64,000 bases of DNA from the human T2T-CHM13v2.0 reference genome, Homo sapiens: the NCBI RefSeq assembly GCF_009914755.1, contig NC_060936.1; one strand, written 5' to 3'. The translations under genes were made by a program, and so were the position numbers. The notes under the pieces are model-generated. The model worked only from the letters and a program-made list of their open reading frames with translations, was not told where the DNA came from and ran no database searches. Shown here one piece after another: positions 39,601 through 53,600 of the stretch (the first letter of the stretch is position 1; every line of letters begins with the position of its first letter).

Positions 39601-42600
39601 ATAAGAAGATGTTTCCTTTTCTACCTTTGGTCTCAAAGCGATTGAAATCTCCACATGGAAACTCCACAAAAAGAGTGTTTCAAATCTGCTCTTTCTGAAG
39701 GAAGGTTCAACTCTGTGAGTTGAATACACACACCACAAATAAGTTACTGAGAATTCTTCTGTGTAACATTATATGAGGAAATCCCGTTTCCAACGAAGGC
39801 CTCAAAGAGGTCCAAATATCCACTTGCAGACTTTACAAAGACAGTGTCTCCAAACTCCTCCATCAAAAGAAAGGTTATACTCTGTGAATTGAACGCACAC
39901 ATCACAAAGTAGTTTCTGAGAATGATTCTGTCTAGTTTTTATACAAAGATATTTCCTTTTCTACATTTGGCCTAAAAGCGCTTGAAATCTCCACCTGCAA
40001 ATATCACAAAAAGAGGGTTTCACATCTGCTCTGTCTAAAGGACAGTTCACCTCTGTGAGTTGAATAGAGGCAACACAAAGAACTTACTCAGTATTCTTCT
40101 TTCTAGCGTTCTATGAAGAAATCCCGTTTCCAACGAAGGCCTTAAAGAGGTCAAATATCTGCTTGCAGACTTTACAGACAGAGTGTTTCCAAACTACTCT
40201 ATGAAAAGAAAGCTTAAACTCCTTGAGTTGAACGCACACATCACAAAGTAGTTTCTGAGAATGATTCTGTCTAGTTTTTATACGAAGATGTTTCCTTTTC
40301 TACATTTGGTCTCAAAGCGATTGAAATCTCCAACTGGAAACTGCACAAATAGGGTGTTTCAAATCTGCTCTGTCTAAAGGAAGGTTCAACTCTGTGAGTT
40401 GAATACACACACCACAAATAAGTTACTGAGAATTCTTCTGTCGAACATTACTTGAAGAAATCCCGTTTCCAACGAAGGCCTCAAAGAGGTCCAAATATCC
40501 ACTTGCAGACGTTACAAACAGAGTGTTTCCAAACTGCTCCATCAAAAGAAAGGTTAAACTCTGTGAGCTGAACACACACATCAAAAAGAAGTTTCTGTGA
40601 ATGATTCTGTCTAGATTTTATAAGAAGATGTTTCCTTTTCTACCGTAGGCCTCAAAGCGCTTGAAATCTCCAGCTGCAAATTCCACAAAAAGGGTGTTTA
40701 ACATCTGCTCTTCTAAAGGAAAGTTCAACTCTATGAGTTGAATACACACAGCACAAAGAAGTTACTGAGACTTCTCCTATCAAACATTATATGAAGAAAT
40801 CCCGTTTCCAACGAAGGCCTCAAAGAGGTCCAAATATCTGCTTGCAGACTTTACAGACAGAGTGTTTCCAAACTGCTCCATCAAAAGAAAGGTTAAACTC
40901 CTTGAGTTGAACACACACATCACAAAGTAGTTTCTGTGAATGATTCTGTCTAGTTTTTATACGAAGATGTTTCCTTTTCTACCTTTGGTCTCAAAGCGAT
41001 TGAAATCTCCACATGGAAACTCCACCAAAAGAGTGTTTCAAATCTGCTCTTTCTGAAGGAAGGTTCAACTCTGTGAGTTGAATACAGACACCACAAATAA
41101 GTTACTGAGAATTCTTCTGTGTAACATTATATGAGGAAATCCCGTTTCCAACGAAGGCCTCAAAGAGGTCCAAATATCCACTTGCAGACTTTACAAAGAC
41201 AGTGTCTCCAAACTCTTCCATCAAAAGAAAGGTTATACTCTGTGAGTTGAACGCACACATCACAAACTAGTTTCTGAGAATGATTCTGTCTAGTTTTTAT
41301 ACGAAGATATTTCCTTTTCTACATTTGGCCTAAAAGCGCTTGAAATCTCCACCTGCAAATATCACAAAAAGAGGGTTTCACATCTGCTCTGTCTAAAGGA
41401 CAGTTCACCTCTGTGAGTTGAATAGAGGCACCACAAAGAACTTACTCAGTATTCTTCTTTCTAGCGTTCTATGAAGAAATCCCGTTTCCAACGAAGGCCT
41501 CAAAGAGGTCGAATATCTGCTTGCAGACTTTACAGACACAGTGTTTCCAAACTACTCTATGAAAAGAAAGCTTAAACTCCTTGAGTTGAACGCACACATC
41601 ACAAAGTAGTTTCTGAGAATGATTCTGTCTAGTGTTTATACGAAGATGTTTGCTTTTCTACATTTGGTCTCAAAGCGATTGAAATCTCCAACTGGAAACT
41701 GCACAAATAGGCTGTTTCAAATCTGCTCTGTCTAAAGGAAGGTTCAGCTCTGTGAGTTGAATACACACACCACAAATAAGTTACTGAGAATTCTTCTGTC
41801 GAACATTACAGGAAGAAATCCCGTTTCCAACGAAGGCCTCAAAGAGGTCCAAATATCCACTTGCAGACATTACAAACAGTGTGTTTCCCAACTGCTCCAT
41901 CAAAAGAAAGGTTAAACTCTGTGAGCTGAACACACACATCAAAAAGAAGTTTCTGTGAATGATTCTGTCTAGATTTTATAAGAAGATGTTTCCTTTTCTA
42001 CTGTAGGCCTCAAAGCGCTTGAAATCTCCAGCTGCAAATTCCACAAAAAGGGTGTTTAACATCTGCTCTTCTAAAGGAAAGTTCAACTCTATGAGTTGAA
42101 TACACACAGCACAAAGAAGTTACTGAGACTTCTCCTATCAAACATTATATGAAGAAATCCCGTTTCCAACGAAGGCCTCAAAGAGGTCCAAATATCTGCT
42201 TGCAGACTTTACAGACAGAGTGTTTCCAAACTGCTCCATCAAAAGAAAGGTGAAACTCCTTGAGTTGAACACACACATCACAAAGTAGTTTCTGTGAATG
42301 ATTCTGTCTAGTTTTTATACGAAGATGTTTCCTTTTCTACCTTTGGTCTCAAAGCGATTGAAATCTCCACATGGAAACTCCACAAAAAGAGTGTTTCAAA
42401 TCTGCTCTTTCTGAAGGAAGGTTCAACTCTGTGAGTTGAATACACACACCACAAATAAGTTACTGAGAATTCTTCTGTGTAACATTATATGAGGAAATCC
42501 CGTTTCCAACGAAGGCCTCAAAGAGGTCCAAATATCCACTTGCAGACTTTACAAAGACAGTGTCTCCAAACTCCTCCATCAAAAGAAAGGTTATACTCTG

Positions 42601-45600
42601 TGAATTGAACGCACACATCACAAAGTAGTTTCTGAGAATGAGTCTGTCTAGTTTTTATACGAAGATATTTCCTTTTCTACATTTGGCCTAAAAGCGCTTG
42701 AAATCTCCACCTGCAAATATCACAAAAAGAGGGTTTCACATCTCCTCTGTCTAAAGGACAGTTCACCTCTGTGAGTTGAATAGAGGCAACACAAAGAACT
42801 TACTCAGTATTCTTCTTTCTAGCATTCTATGAAGAAATCCCGTTTCCAACGAAGGCCCCAAAGAGGTCCAAATATCTGCTTGCAGACTTTACAGACAGAG
42901 TTTTTCCAAACTGCTCCATCAAAAGAAAGGTTAAACTCCTTGAGTTGAACACACACATCACAAAGTAGTTTCTGAGAATGATTCTGTCTAGTTTTTATAC
43001 GAAGATGTTTCCTTTTCTACCTTTGGTCTCAAAGCGATTGAAATCTCCACATGGAAACTCCACAAAAAGAGTGTTTCAAATCTGCTCTTTCTGAACGAAG
43101 GTTCAACTCTGTGAGTTGAATACACACACCACAAATAAGTTACTGAGAATTCTTCTGTGTAACATTATATGCGGAAATCTCGTTTCCAACGAAGGCCTCA
43201 AAGAGGTCCAAATATCCGCTTGCAGACTTTACAAAGACAGTGTCTCCAAACTCCTCCATCAAAAGAAAGGTTATACTCTGTGAATTGAACGCACACATCA
43301 CAAAGTAGTTTCTGAGAATGATTCTGTCTAGTTTTTATACGAAGATATTTCCTTTTCTACATTTGGCCTAAAAGCGCTTGAAATCTCCACCTGCAAATAT
43401 CACAAAAAGAGGGTTTCACATCTGCTCTGTCTAAAGGACAGTTCACCTCTGTGAGTTGAATAGAGGCAACACAAAGAACTTACTCAGTATTCTTCTTTCT
43501 AGCGTTCTATGTAGAAATCCCGTTTCCAACGAAGTCCTCAAAGAGGTCAAATATCTGCTTGCAGACTTTACAGACAGAGTGTTTCCAAACTACTCTATGA
43601 AAAGAAAGCTTAAACTCCTTGAGTTGAACGCACACATCACAAAGTAGTTTCTGAGAATGATTCTGTCTAGTTTTTATACGAAGATGTTTCCTTTTCTACA
43701 TTTGGTCTCAAAGCGATTGAAATCTCCAACTGGAAACTGCACAAATAGGGTGTTTCAAATCTGCTCTGTCTAAAGGAAGGTTCAACTCTGTGAGTTGAAT
43801 ACACACACCACAAATAAGTTACTGAGAATTCTTCTGTCGAACATTACTTGAAGAAATCCCGTTTCCAACGAAGGCCTCAAAGAGGTCCAAATATCCACTT
43901 GCAGACGTTACAAACAGAGTGTTTCCAAACTGCTCCATCAAAAGAAAGGTTAAACTCTGTGAGCTGAACACACACATCAAAAAGAAGTTTCTGTGAATGA
44001 TTCTGTCTAGATTTTATAAGAAGATGTTTCCTTTTCTACCGTAGGCCTCAAAGCGCTTGAAATCTCCAGCTGCAAATTCCACAAAAAGGGTGTTTAACAT
44101 CTGCTCTTCTAAAGGAAAGTTCAACTCTATGAGTTGAATACACACAGCACAAAGAAGTTACTGAGACTTCTCCTATCAAACATTATATGAAGAAATCCCG
44201 TTTCCAACGAAGGCCTCAAAGAGGTCCAAATATCTGCTTGCAGACTTTACAGACAGAGTGTTTCCAAACTGCTCCATCAAAAGAAAGGTTAAACTCCTTG
44301 AGTTGAACACACACATCACAAAGTAGTTTCTGTGAATGATTCTGTCTAGTTTTTATACGAAGATGTTTCCTTTTCTACCTTTGGTCTCAAAGCGATTGAA
44401 ATCTCCACATGGAAACTCCACCAAAAGAGTGTTTCAAATCTGCTCTTTCTGAAGGAAGGTTCAACTCTGTGAGTTGAATACAGACACCACAAATAAGTTA
44501 CTGAGAATTCTTCTGTGTAACATTATATGAGGAAATCCCGTTTCCAACGAAGGCCTCAAAGAGGTCCAAATATCCACTTGCAGACTTTACAAAGACAGTG
44601 TCTCCAAACTCTTCCATCAAAAGAAAGGTTATACTCTGTGAGTTGAACGCACACATCACAAACTAGTTTCTGAGAATGATTCTGTCTAGTTTTTATACGA
44701 AGATATTTCCTTTTCTACATTTGGCCTAAAAGCGCTTGAAATCTCCACCTGCAAATATCACAAAAAGAGGGTTTCACATCTGCTCTGTCTAAAGGACAGT
44801 TCACCTCTGTGAGTTGAATAGAGGCACCACAAAGAACTTACTCAGTATTCTTCTTTCTAGCGTTCTATGAAGAAATCCCGTTTCCAACGAAGGCCTCAAA
44901 GAGGTCGAATATCTGCTTGCAGACTTTACAGACACAGTGTTTCCAAACTACTCTATGAAAAGAAAGCTTAAACTCCTTGAGTTGAACGCACACATCACAA
45001 AGTAGTTTCTGAGAATGATTCTGTCTAGTGTTTATACGAAGATGTTTGCTTTTCTACATTTGGTCTCAAAGCGATTGAAATCTCCAACTGGAAACTGCAC
45101 AAATAGGCTGTTTCAAATCTGCTCTGTCTAAAGGAAGGTTCAGCTCTGTGAGTTGAATACACACACCACAAATAAGTTACTGAGAATTCTTCTGTCGAAC
45201 ATTACAGGAAGAAATCCCGTTTCCAACGAAGGCCTCAAAGAGGTCCAAATATCCACTTGCAGACATTACAAACAGTGTGTTTCCCAACTGCTCCATCAAA
45301 AGAAAGGTTAAACTCTGTGAGCTGAACACACACATCAAAAAGAAGTTTCTGTGAATGATTCTGTCTAGATTTTATAAGAAGATGTTTCCTTTTCTACTGT
45401 AGGCCTCAAAGCGCTTGAAATCTCCAGCTGCAAATTCCACAAAAAGGGTGTTTAACATCTGCTCTTCTAAAGGAAAGTTCAACTCTATGAGTTGAATACA
45501 CACAGCACAAAGAAGTTACTGAGACTTCTCCTATCAAACATTATATGAAGAAATCCCGTTTCCAACGAAGGCCTCAAAGAGGTCCAAATATCTGCTTGCA

Positions 45601-48600
45601 GACTTTACAGACAGAGTGTTTCCAAACTGCTCCATCAAAAGAAAGGTGAAACTCCTTGAGTTGAACACACACATCACAAAGTAGTTTCTGTGAATGATTC
45701 TGTCTAGTTTTTATACGAAGATGTTTCCTTTTCTACCTTTGGTCTCAAAGCGATTGAAATCTCCACATGGAAACTCCACAAAAAGAGTGTTTCAAATCTG
45801 CTCTTTCTGAAGGAAGGTTCAACTCTGTGAGTTGAATACACACACCACAAATAAGTTACTGAGAATTCTTCTGTGTAACATTATATGAGGAAATCCCGTT
45901 TCCAACGAAGGCCTCAAAGAGGTCCAAATATCCACTTGCAGACTTTACAAAGACAGTGTCTCCAAACTCCTCCATCAAAAGAAAGGTTATACTCTGTGAA
46001 TTGAACGCACACATCACAAAGTAGTTTCTGAGAATGAGTCTGTCTAGTTTTTATACGAAGATATTTCCTTTTCTACATTTGGCCTAAAAGCGCTTGAAAT
46101 CTCCACCTGCAAATATCACAAAAAGAGGGTTTCACATCTCCTCTGTCTAAAGGACAGTTCACCTCTGTGAGTTGAATAGAGGCAACACAAAGAACTTACT
46201 CAGTATTCTTCTTTCTAGCATTCTATGAAGAAATCCCGTTTCCAACGAAGGCCCCAAAGAGGTCCAAATATCTGCTTGCAGACTTTACAGACAGAGTTTT
46301 TCCAAACTGCTCCATCAAAAGAAAGGTTAAACTCCTTGAGTTGAACACACACATCACAAAGTAGTTTCTGAGAATGATTCTGTCTAGTTTTTATACGAAG
46401 ATGTTTCCTTTTCTACCTTTGGTCTCAAAGCGATTGAAATCTCCACATGGAAACTCCACAAAAAGAGTGTTTCAAATCTGCTCTTTCTGAACGAAGGTTC
46501 AACTCTGTGAGTTGAATACACACACCACAAATAAGTTACTGAGAATTCTTCTGTGTAACATTATATGCGGAAATCTCGTTTCCAACGAAGGCCTCAAAGA
46601 GGTCCAAATATCCGCTTGCAGACTTTACAAAGACAGTGTCTCCAAACTCCTCCATCAAAAGAAAGGTTATACTCTGTGAATTGAACGCACACATCACAAA
46701 GTAGTTTCTGAGAATGATTCTGTCTAGTTTTTATACGAAGATATTTCCTTTTCTACATTTGGCCTAAAAGCGCTTGAAATCTCCACCTGCAAATATCACA
46801 AAAAGAGGGTTTCACATCTGCTCTGTCTAAAGGACAGTTCACCTCTGTGAGTTGAATAGAGGCAACACAAAGAACTTACTCAGTATTCTTCTTTCTAGCG
46901 TTCTATGTAGAAATCCCGTTTCCAACGAAGGCCTCAAAGAGGTCAAATATCTGCTTGCAGACTTTACAGACAGAGTGTTTCCAAACTACTCTATGAAAAG
47001 AAAGCTTAAACTCCTTGAGTTGAACGCACACATCACAAAGTAGTTTCTGAGAATGATTCTGTCTAGTTTTTATACGAAGATGTTTCCTTTTCTACATTTG
47101 GTCTCAAAGCGATTGAAATCTCCAACTGGAAACTGCACAAATAGGGTGTTTCAAATCTGCTCTGTCTAAAGGAAGGTTCAACTCTGTGAGTTGAATACAC
47201 ACACCACAAATAAGTTACTGAGAATTCTTCTGTCGAACATTACTTGAAGAAATCCCGTTTCCAACGAAGGCCTCAAAGAGGTCCAAATATCCACTTGCAG
47301 ACATTACAAACAGAGTGTTTCCAAACTGCTCCATCAAAAGAAAGGTTAAACTCTGTGAGCTGAACACACACATCAAAAAGAAGTTTCTGTGAATGATTCT
47401 GTCTAGATTTTATAAGAAGATGTTTCCTTTTCTACCGTAGGCCTCAAAGCGCTTGAAATCTCCAGCTGCAAATTCCACAAAAAGGGTGTTTAACATCTGC
47501 TCTTCTAAAGGAAAGTTCAACTCTATGAGTTGAATACACACAGCACAAAGAAGTTACTGAGACTTCTCCTATCAAACATTATATGAAGAAATCCCGTTTC
47601 CAACGAAGGCCTCAAAGAGGTCCAAATATCTGCTTGCAGACTTTACAGACAGAGTGTTTCCAAACTGCTCCATCAAAAGAAAGGTTAAACTCCTTGAGTT
47701 GAACACACACATCACAAAGTAGTTTCTGTGAATGATTCTGTCTAGTTTTTATACGAAGATGTTTCCTTTTCTACCTTTGGTCTCAAAGCGATTGAAATCT
47801 CCACATGGAAACTCCACAAAAAGAGTGTTTCAAATCTGCTCTTTCTGAAGGAAGGTTCAACTCTGTGAGTTGAATACACACACCACAAATAAGTTACTGA
47901 GAATTCTTCTGTGTAACATTATATGAGGAAATCCCGTTTCCAACGAAGGCCTCAAAGAGGTCCAAATATCCACTTGCAGACTTTACAAAGACAGTGTCTC
48001 CAAACTCCTCCATCAAAAGAAAGGTTATACTCTGTGAATTGAACGCACACATCACAAAGTAGTTTCTGAGAATGATTCTGTCTAGTTTTTATACGAAGAT
48101 ATTTCCTTTTCTACATTTGGCCTAAAAGCGCTTGAAATCTCCACCTGCAAATATCACAAAAAGAGGGTTTCACATCTGCTCTGTCTAAAGGACAGTTCAC
48201 CTCTGTGAGTTGAATAGAGGCAACACAAAGAACTTACTCAGTATTCTTCTTTCTAGCGTTCTATGAAGAAATCCCGTTTCCAACGAAGGCCTCAAAGAGG
48301 TCAAATATCTGCTTGCAGACTTTACAGACAGAGTGTTTCCAAACTACTCTATGAAAAGAAAGCTTAAACTCCTTGAGTTGAACGCACACATCACAAAGTA
48401 GTTTCTGAGAATGATTCTGTCTAGTTTTTATACGAAGATGTTTCCTATTCTACATTTGGTCTCAAAGCGATTGAAATCTCCAACTGGAAACTGCACAAAT
48501 AGGCTGTTTCAAATCTGCTCTGTCTAAAGGAAGGTTCAGCTCTGTGAGTTGAATACACACACCACAAATAAGTTACTGAGAATTCTTCTGTCGAACATTA

Positions 48601-50648
48601 CAGGAAGAAATCCCGTTTCCAACGAAGGCCTCAAAGAGGTCCAAATATCCACTTGCAGACATTACAAACAGTGTGTTTCCCAACTGCTCCATCAAAAGAA
48701 AGGTTAAACTCTGTGAGCTGAACACACACATCAAAAAGAAGTTTCTGTGAATGATTCTGTCTAGATTTTATAAGAAGATGTTTCCTTTTCTACCGTAGGC
48801 CTCAAAGCGCTTGAAATCTCCAGCTGCAAATTCCACAAAAAGGGTGTTTAACATCTGCTCTTCTAAAGGAAAGTTCAACTGTGTGAGTTGAATACACACA
48901 GCACAAAGAAGTTACTGAGACTTCTCCTATCAAACATTATATGAAGAAATCCCGTTTCCAACGAAGGCCTCAAAGAGGTCCAAATATCTGCTTGCAGACT
49001 TTACAGACAGAGTGTTTCCAAACTGCTCCATCAAAAGAAAGGTTAAACTCCTTGAGTTGAACACACACATCACAAAGTAGTTTCTGTGAATGATTCTGTC
49101 TAGTTTTTATACGAAGATGTTTCCTTTTCTACCTTTGGTCTCAAAGCGATTGAAATCTCCACATGGAAACTCCACAAAAAGAGTGTTTCAAATCTGCTCT
49201 TTCTGAAGGAAGGTTCAACTCTGTGAGTTGAATACACACACCACAAATAAGTTACTGAGAATTCTTCTGTGTAACATTATATGAGGAAATCCCGTTTCCA
49301 ACGAAGGCCTCAAAGAGGTCCAAATATCCACTTGCAGACTTTACAAAGACAGTGTCTCCAAACTCCTCCATCAAAAGAAAGGTTATACTCTGTGAATTGA
49401 ACGCACACATCACAAAGTAGTTTCTGAGAATGATTCTGTCTAGTTTTTATACGAAGATATTTCCTTTTCTACATTTGGCCTAAAAGCGCTTGAAATCTCC
49501 ACCTGCAAATATCACAAAAAGAGGGTTTCACATCTGCTCTGTCTAAAGGACAGTTCACCTCTGTGAGTTGAATAGAGGCAACACAAAGAACTTACTCAGT
49601 ATTCTTCTTTCTAGCATTCTATGAAGAAATCCCGTTTCCAACGAAGGCCTCAAAGAGGTCCAAATATCTGCTTGCAGACTTTACAGACAGAGTTTTTCCA
49701 AACTGCTCCATCAAAAGAAAGGTTAAACTCCTTGAGTTGAACACACACATCACAAAGTAGTTTCTGTGAATGATTCTGTCTAGTTTTTATACGAAGATGT
49801 TTCCTTTTCTACCTTTGGTCTCAAAGCGATTGAAATCTCCACATGGAAACTCCACAAAAAGAGTGTTTCAAATCTGCTCTTTCTGAAGGAAGGTTCAACT
49901 CTGTGAGTTGAATACACACACCACAAATAAGTTACTGAGAATTCTTCTGTGTAACATTATATGAGGAAATCCCGTTTCCAACGAAGGCCTCAAAGAGGTC
50001 CAAATATCCACTTGCAGACTTTACAAAGACAGTGTCTCCAAACTCCTCCATCAAAAGAAAGGTTATACTCTGTGAATTGAACGCACACATCACAAAGTAG
50101 TTTCTGAGAATGATTCTGTCTAGTTTTTATACGAAGATATTTCCTTTTCTACATTTGGCCTAAAAGCGCTTGAAATCTCCACCTGCAAATATCACAAAAA
50201 GAGGGTTTCACATCTGCTCTGTCTAAAGGACAGTTCACCTCTGTGAGTTGAATAGAGGCAACACAAAGAACTTACTCAGTATTCTTCTTTCTAGCGTTCT
50301 ATGAAGAAATCCCGTTTCCAACGAAGGCCTCAAAGAGGTCAAATATCTGCTTGCAGACTTTACAGACAGAGTGTTTCCAAACTACTCTATGAAAAGAAAG
50401 CTTAAACTCCTTGAGTTGAACGCACACATCACAAAGTAGTTTCTGAGAATGATTCTGTCTAGTTTTTATACGAAGATGTTTCCTTTTCTACATTTGGTCT
50501 CAAAGCGATTGAAATCTCCAACTGGAAACTGCACAAATAGGCTGTTTCAAATCTGCTCTGTCTAAAGGAAGGTTCAGCTCTGTGAGTTGAATACACACAC
50601 CACAAATAAGTTACTGAGAATTCTTCTGTCGAACATTACAGGAAGAAA
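33671..50648. repeat. Five consecutive 8-mer + 12-mer units (20-mer super-HOR, ~3.4 kb)
   Basis: A boxes at 33671, 35029, 37067, 38425, 40461, 41819, 43857, 45215, 47253, 48611 and 50649 alternate ~1358 and ~2038 bp apart. The 12-mers read A-B-C-D'-C-D. Confidence 0.92.
40461..47252. repeat. Recent near-perfect tandem duplication of one 20-mer (period 3396 bp)
   Basis: More than 15 private variants repeat at +3396 (aactcttcca, acaaactag, ggcaccac, ggtcgaat, gacacagt, agtgtttata, ctactgtag, atgagtctg, ctgaacgaag, gcggaaatctcg, atgtagaaat). The ORFs at 43456 and 46852 differ by one residue. Confidence 0.92.
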
Positions 50649-53600
50649 TCCCGTTTCCAACGAAGGCCTCAAAGAGGTCCAAATATCCACTTGCAGACAT
50701 TACAAACAGTGTGTTTCCCAACTGCTCCATCAAAAGAAAGGTTAAACTCTGTGAGCTGAACACACACATCAAAAAGAAGTTTCTGTGAATGATTCTGTCT
50801 AGATTTTATAAGAAGATGTTTCCTTTTCTACCGTAGGCCTCAAAGCGCTTGAAATCTCCAGCTGCAAATTCCACAAAAAGGGTGTTTAACATCTGCTCTT
50901 CTAAAGGAAAGTTCAACTCTATGAGTTGAATACACACAGCACAAAGAAGTTACTGAGACTTCTCCTATCAAACATTATATGAAGAAATCCCGTTTCCAAC
51001 GAAGGCCTCAAAGAGGTCCAAATGTCTGCTTGCAGACTTTACAGACAGAGTGTTTCCAAACTGCTCCATCAAAAGAAAGGTTAAACTCCTTGAGTTGAAC
51101 ACACACATCACAAAGTAGTTTCTGAGAATGATTCTGTCTAGTTTTTATACGAAGATGTTTCCTTTTCTACATTTGGTCTCAAAGCGATTGAAATCTCCAA
51201 CTGGAAACTGCACAAATAGGCTGTTTCAAATCTGCTCTGTCTAAAGGAAGGTTCAGCTCTGTGAGTTGAATACACACACCACAAATAAGTTACTGAGAAT
51301 TCTTCTGTCGAACATTACAGGAAGAAATCCCGTTTCCAACGAAGGCCTCAAAGAGCTCCAAATATCCACTTGCAGACATTACAAACAGTGTGTTTCCCAA
51401 CTGCTCCATCAAAAGAAAGGTTAAACTCTGTGAGCTGAACACACACATCAAAAAGAAGTTTCTGTGAATGATTCTGTCTAGATTTTATAAGAAGATGTTT
51501 CCTTTTCTACCGTAGGCCTCAAAGCGCTTGAAATCTCCAGCTGCAAATTCCACAAAAAGGGTGTTTAACATCTGCTCTTCTAAAGGAAAGTTCAACTCTA
51601 TGAGTTGAATACACACAGCACAAAGAAGTTACTGAGACTTCTCCTATCAAACATTATATGAAGAAATCCCGTTTCCAACGAAGGCCTCAAAGAGGTCCAA
51701 ATATCTGCTTGCAGACTTTACAGACAGAGTGTTTCCAAACTGCTCCATCAAAAGAAAGGTTAAACTCCTTGAGTTGAACACACACATCACAAAGTAGTTT
51801 CTGTGAATGATTCTGTCTAGTTTTTATACGAAGATGTTTCCTTTTCTACCTTTGGTCTCAAAGCGATTGAAATCTCCACATGGAAACTCCACAAAAAGAG
51901 TGTTTCAAATCTGCTCTTTCTGAAGGAAGGTTCAACTCTGTGAGTTGAATACACACACCACAAATAAGTTACTGAGAATTCTTCTGTGTAACATTATATG
52001 AGGAAATCCCGTTTCCAACGAAGGCCTCAAAGAGGTCCAAATATCCACTTGCAGACTTTACAAAGACAGTGTCTCCAAACTCCTCCATCAAAAGAAAGGT
52101 TATACTCTGTGAATTGAACGCACACATCACAAAGTAGTTTCTGAGAATGATTCTGTCTAGTTTTTATACGAAGATATTTCCTTTTCTACATTTGGCCTAA
52201 AAGCGCTTGAAATCTCCACCTGCAAATATCACAAAAAGAGGGTTTCACATCTGCTCTGTCTAAAGGACAGTTCACCTCTGTGAGTTGAATAGAGGCAACA
52301 CAAAGAACTTACTCAGTATTCTTCTTTCTAGCATTCTATGAAGAAATCCCGTTTCCAACGAAGGCCCCAAAGAGGTCCAAATATCTGCTTGCAGACTTTA
52401 CAGACAGAGTTTTTCCAAACTGCTCCATCAAAAGAAAGGTTAAACTCCTTGAGTTGAACACACACATCACAAAGTAGTTTCTGTGAATGATTCTGTCTAG
52501 TTTTTATAAGAAGATGTTTCCTTTTCTACCTTTGGTCTCAAAGCGATTGAAATCTCCACATGGAAACTCCTCAAAAAGAGTGTTTCAAATCTGCTCTTTC
52601 TGAAGGAAGGTTCAACTCTGTGAGTTGAATACACACACCACAAATAAGTTACTGAGAATTCTTCTGTGTAACATTATATGAGGAAATCCCGTTTCCAACG
52701 AAGGCCTCAAAGAGGTCCAAATATCCACTTGCGGACATTACAAACAGTGTGTTTCCCAACTGCTCCATCAAAAGAAAGGTTAAACTCTGTGAGCTGAACA
52801 CACACATCAAAAAGAAGTTTCTGTGAATGATTCTGTCTAGATTTTATAAGAAGATGTTTCCTTTTCTACCGTAGGCCTCAAAGCGCTTGAAATCTCCAGC
52901 TGCAAATTCCACAAAAAGGGTGTTTAACATCTGCTCTTCTAAAGGAAAGTTCAACTCTATGAGTTGAATACACACAGCACAAAGAAGTTACTGAGACTTC
53001 TCCTATCAAACATTATATGAAGAAATCCCGTTTCCAACGAAGGCCTCAAAGAGGTCCAAATGTCTGCTTGCAGACTTTACAGACAGAGTGTTTCCAAACT
53101 GCTCCATCAAAAGAAAGGTTAAACTCCTTGAGTTGAACACACACATCACAAAGTAGTTTCTGAGAATGATTCTGTCTAGTTTTTATACGAAGATGTTTCC
53201 TTTTCTACATTTGGTCTCAAAGCGATTGAAATCTCCAACTGGAAACTGCACAAATAGGCTGTTTCAAATCTGCTCTGTCTAAAGGAAGGTTCAGCTCTGT
53301 GAGTTGAATACACACACCACAAATAAGTTACTGAGAATTCTTCTGTCGAACATTACAGGAAGAAATCCCGTTTCCAACGAAGGCCTCAAAGAGCTCCAAA
53401 TATCCACTTGCAGACATTACAAACAGTGTGTTTCCCAACTGCTCCATCAAAAGAAAGGTTAAACTCTGTGAGCTGAACACACACATCAAAAAGAAGTTTC
53501 TGTGAATGATTCTGTCTAGATTTTATAAGAAGATGTTTCCTTTTCTACCGTAGGCCTCAAAGCGCTTGAAATCTCCAGCTGCAAATTCCACAAAAAGGGT

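Noticed and set aside
43456-47043. 63-aa plus-strand ORFs at 43456 and 46852
   Set aside because: A tga>tgt change plus the D deletion opens a chance reading frame in satellite. There is no true ATG start (ttg).
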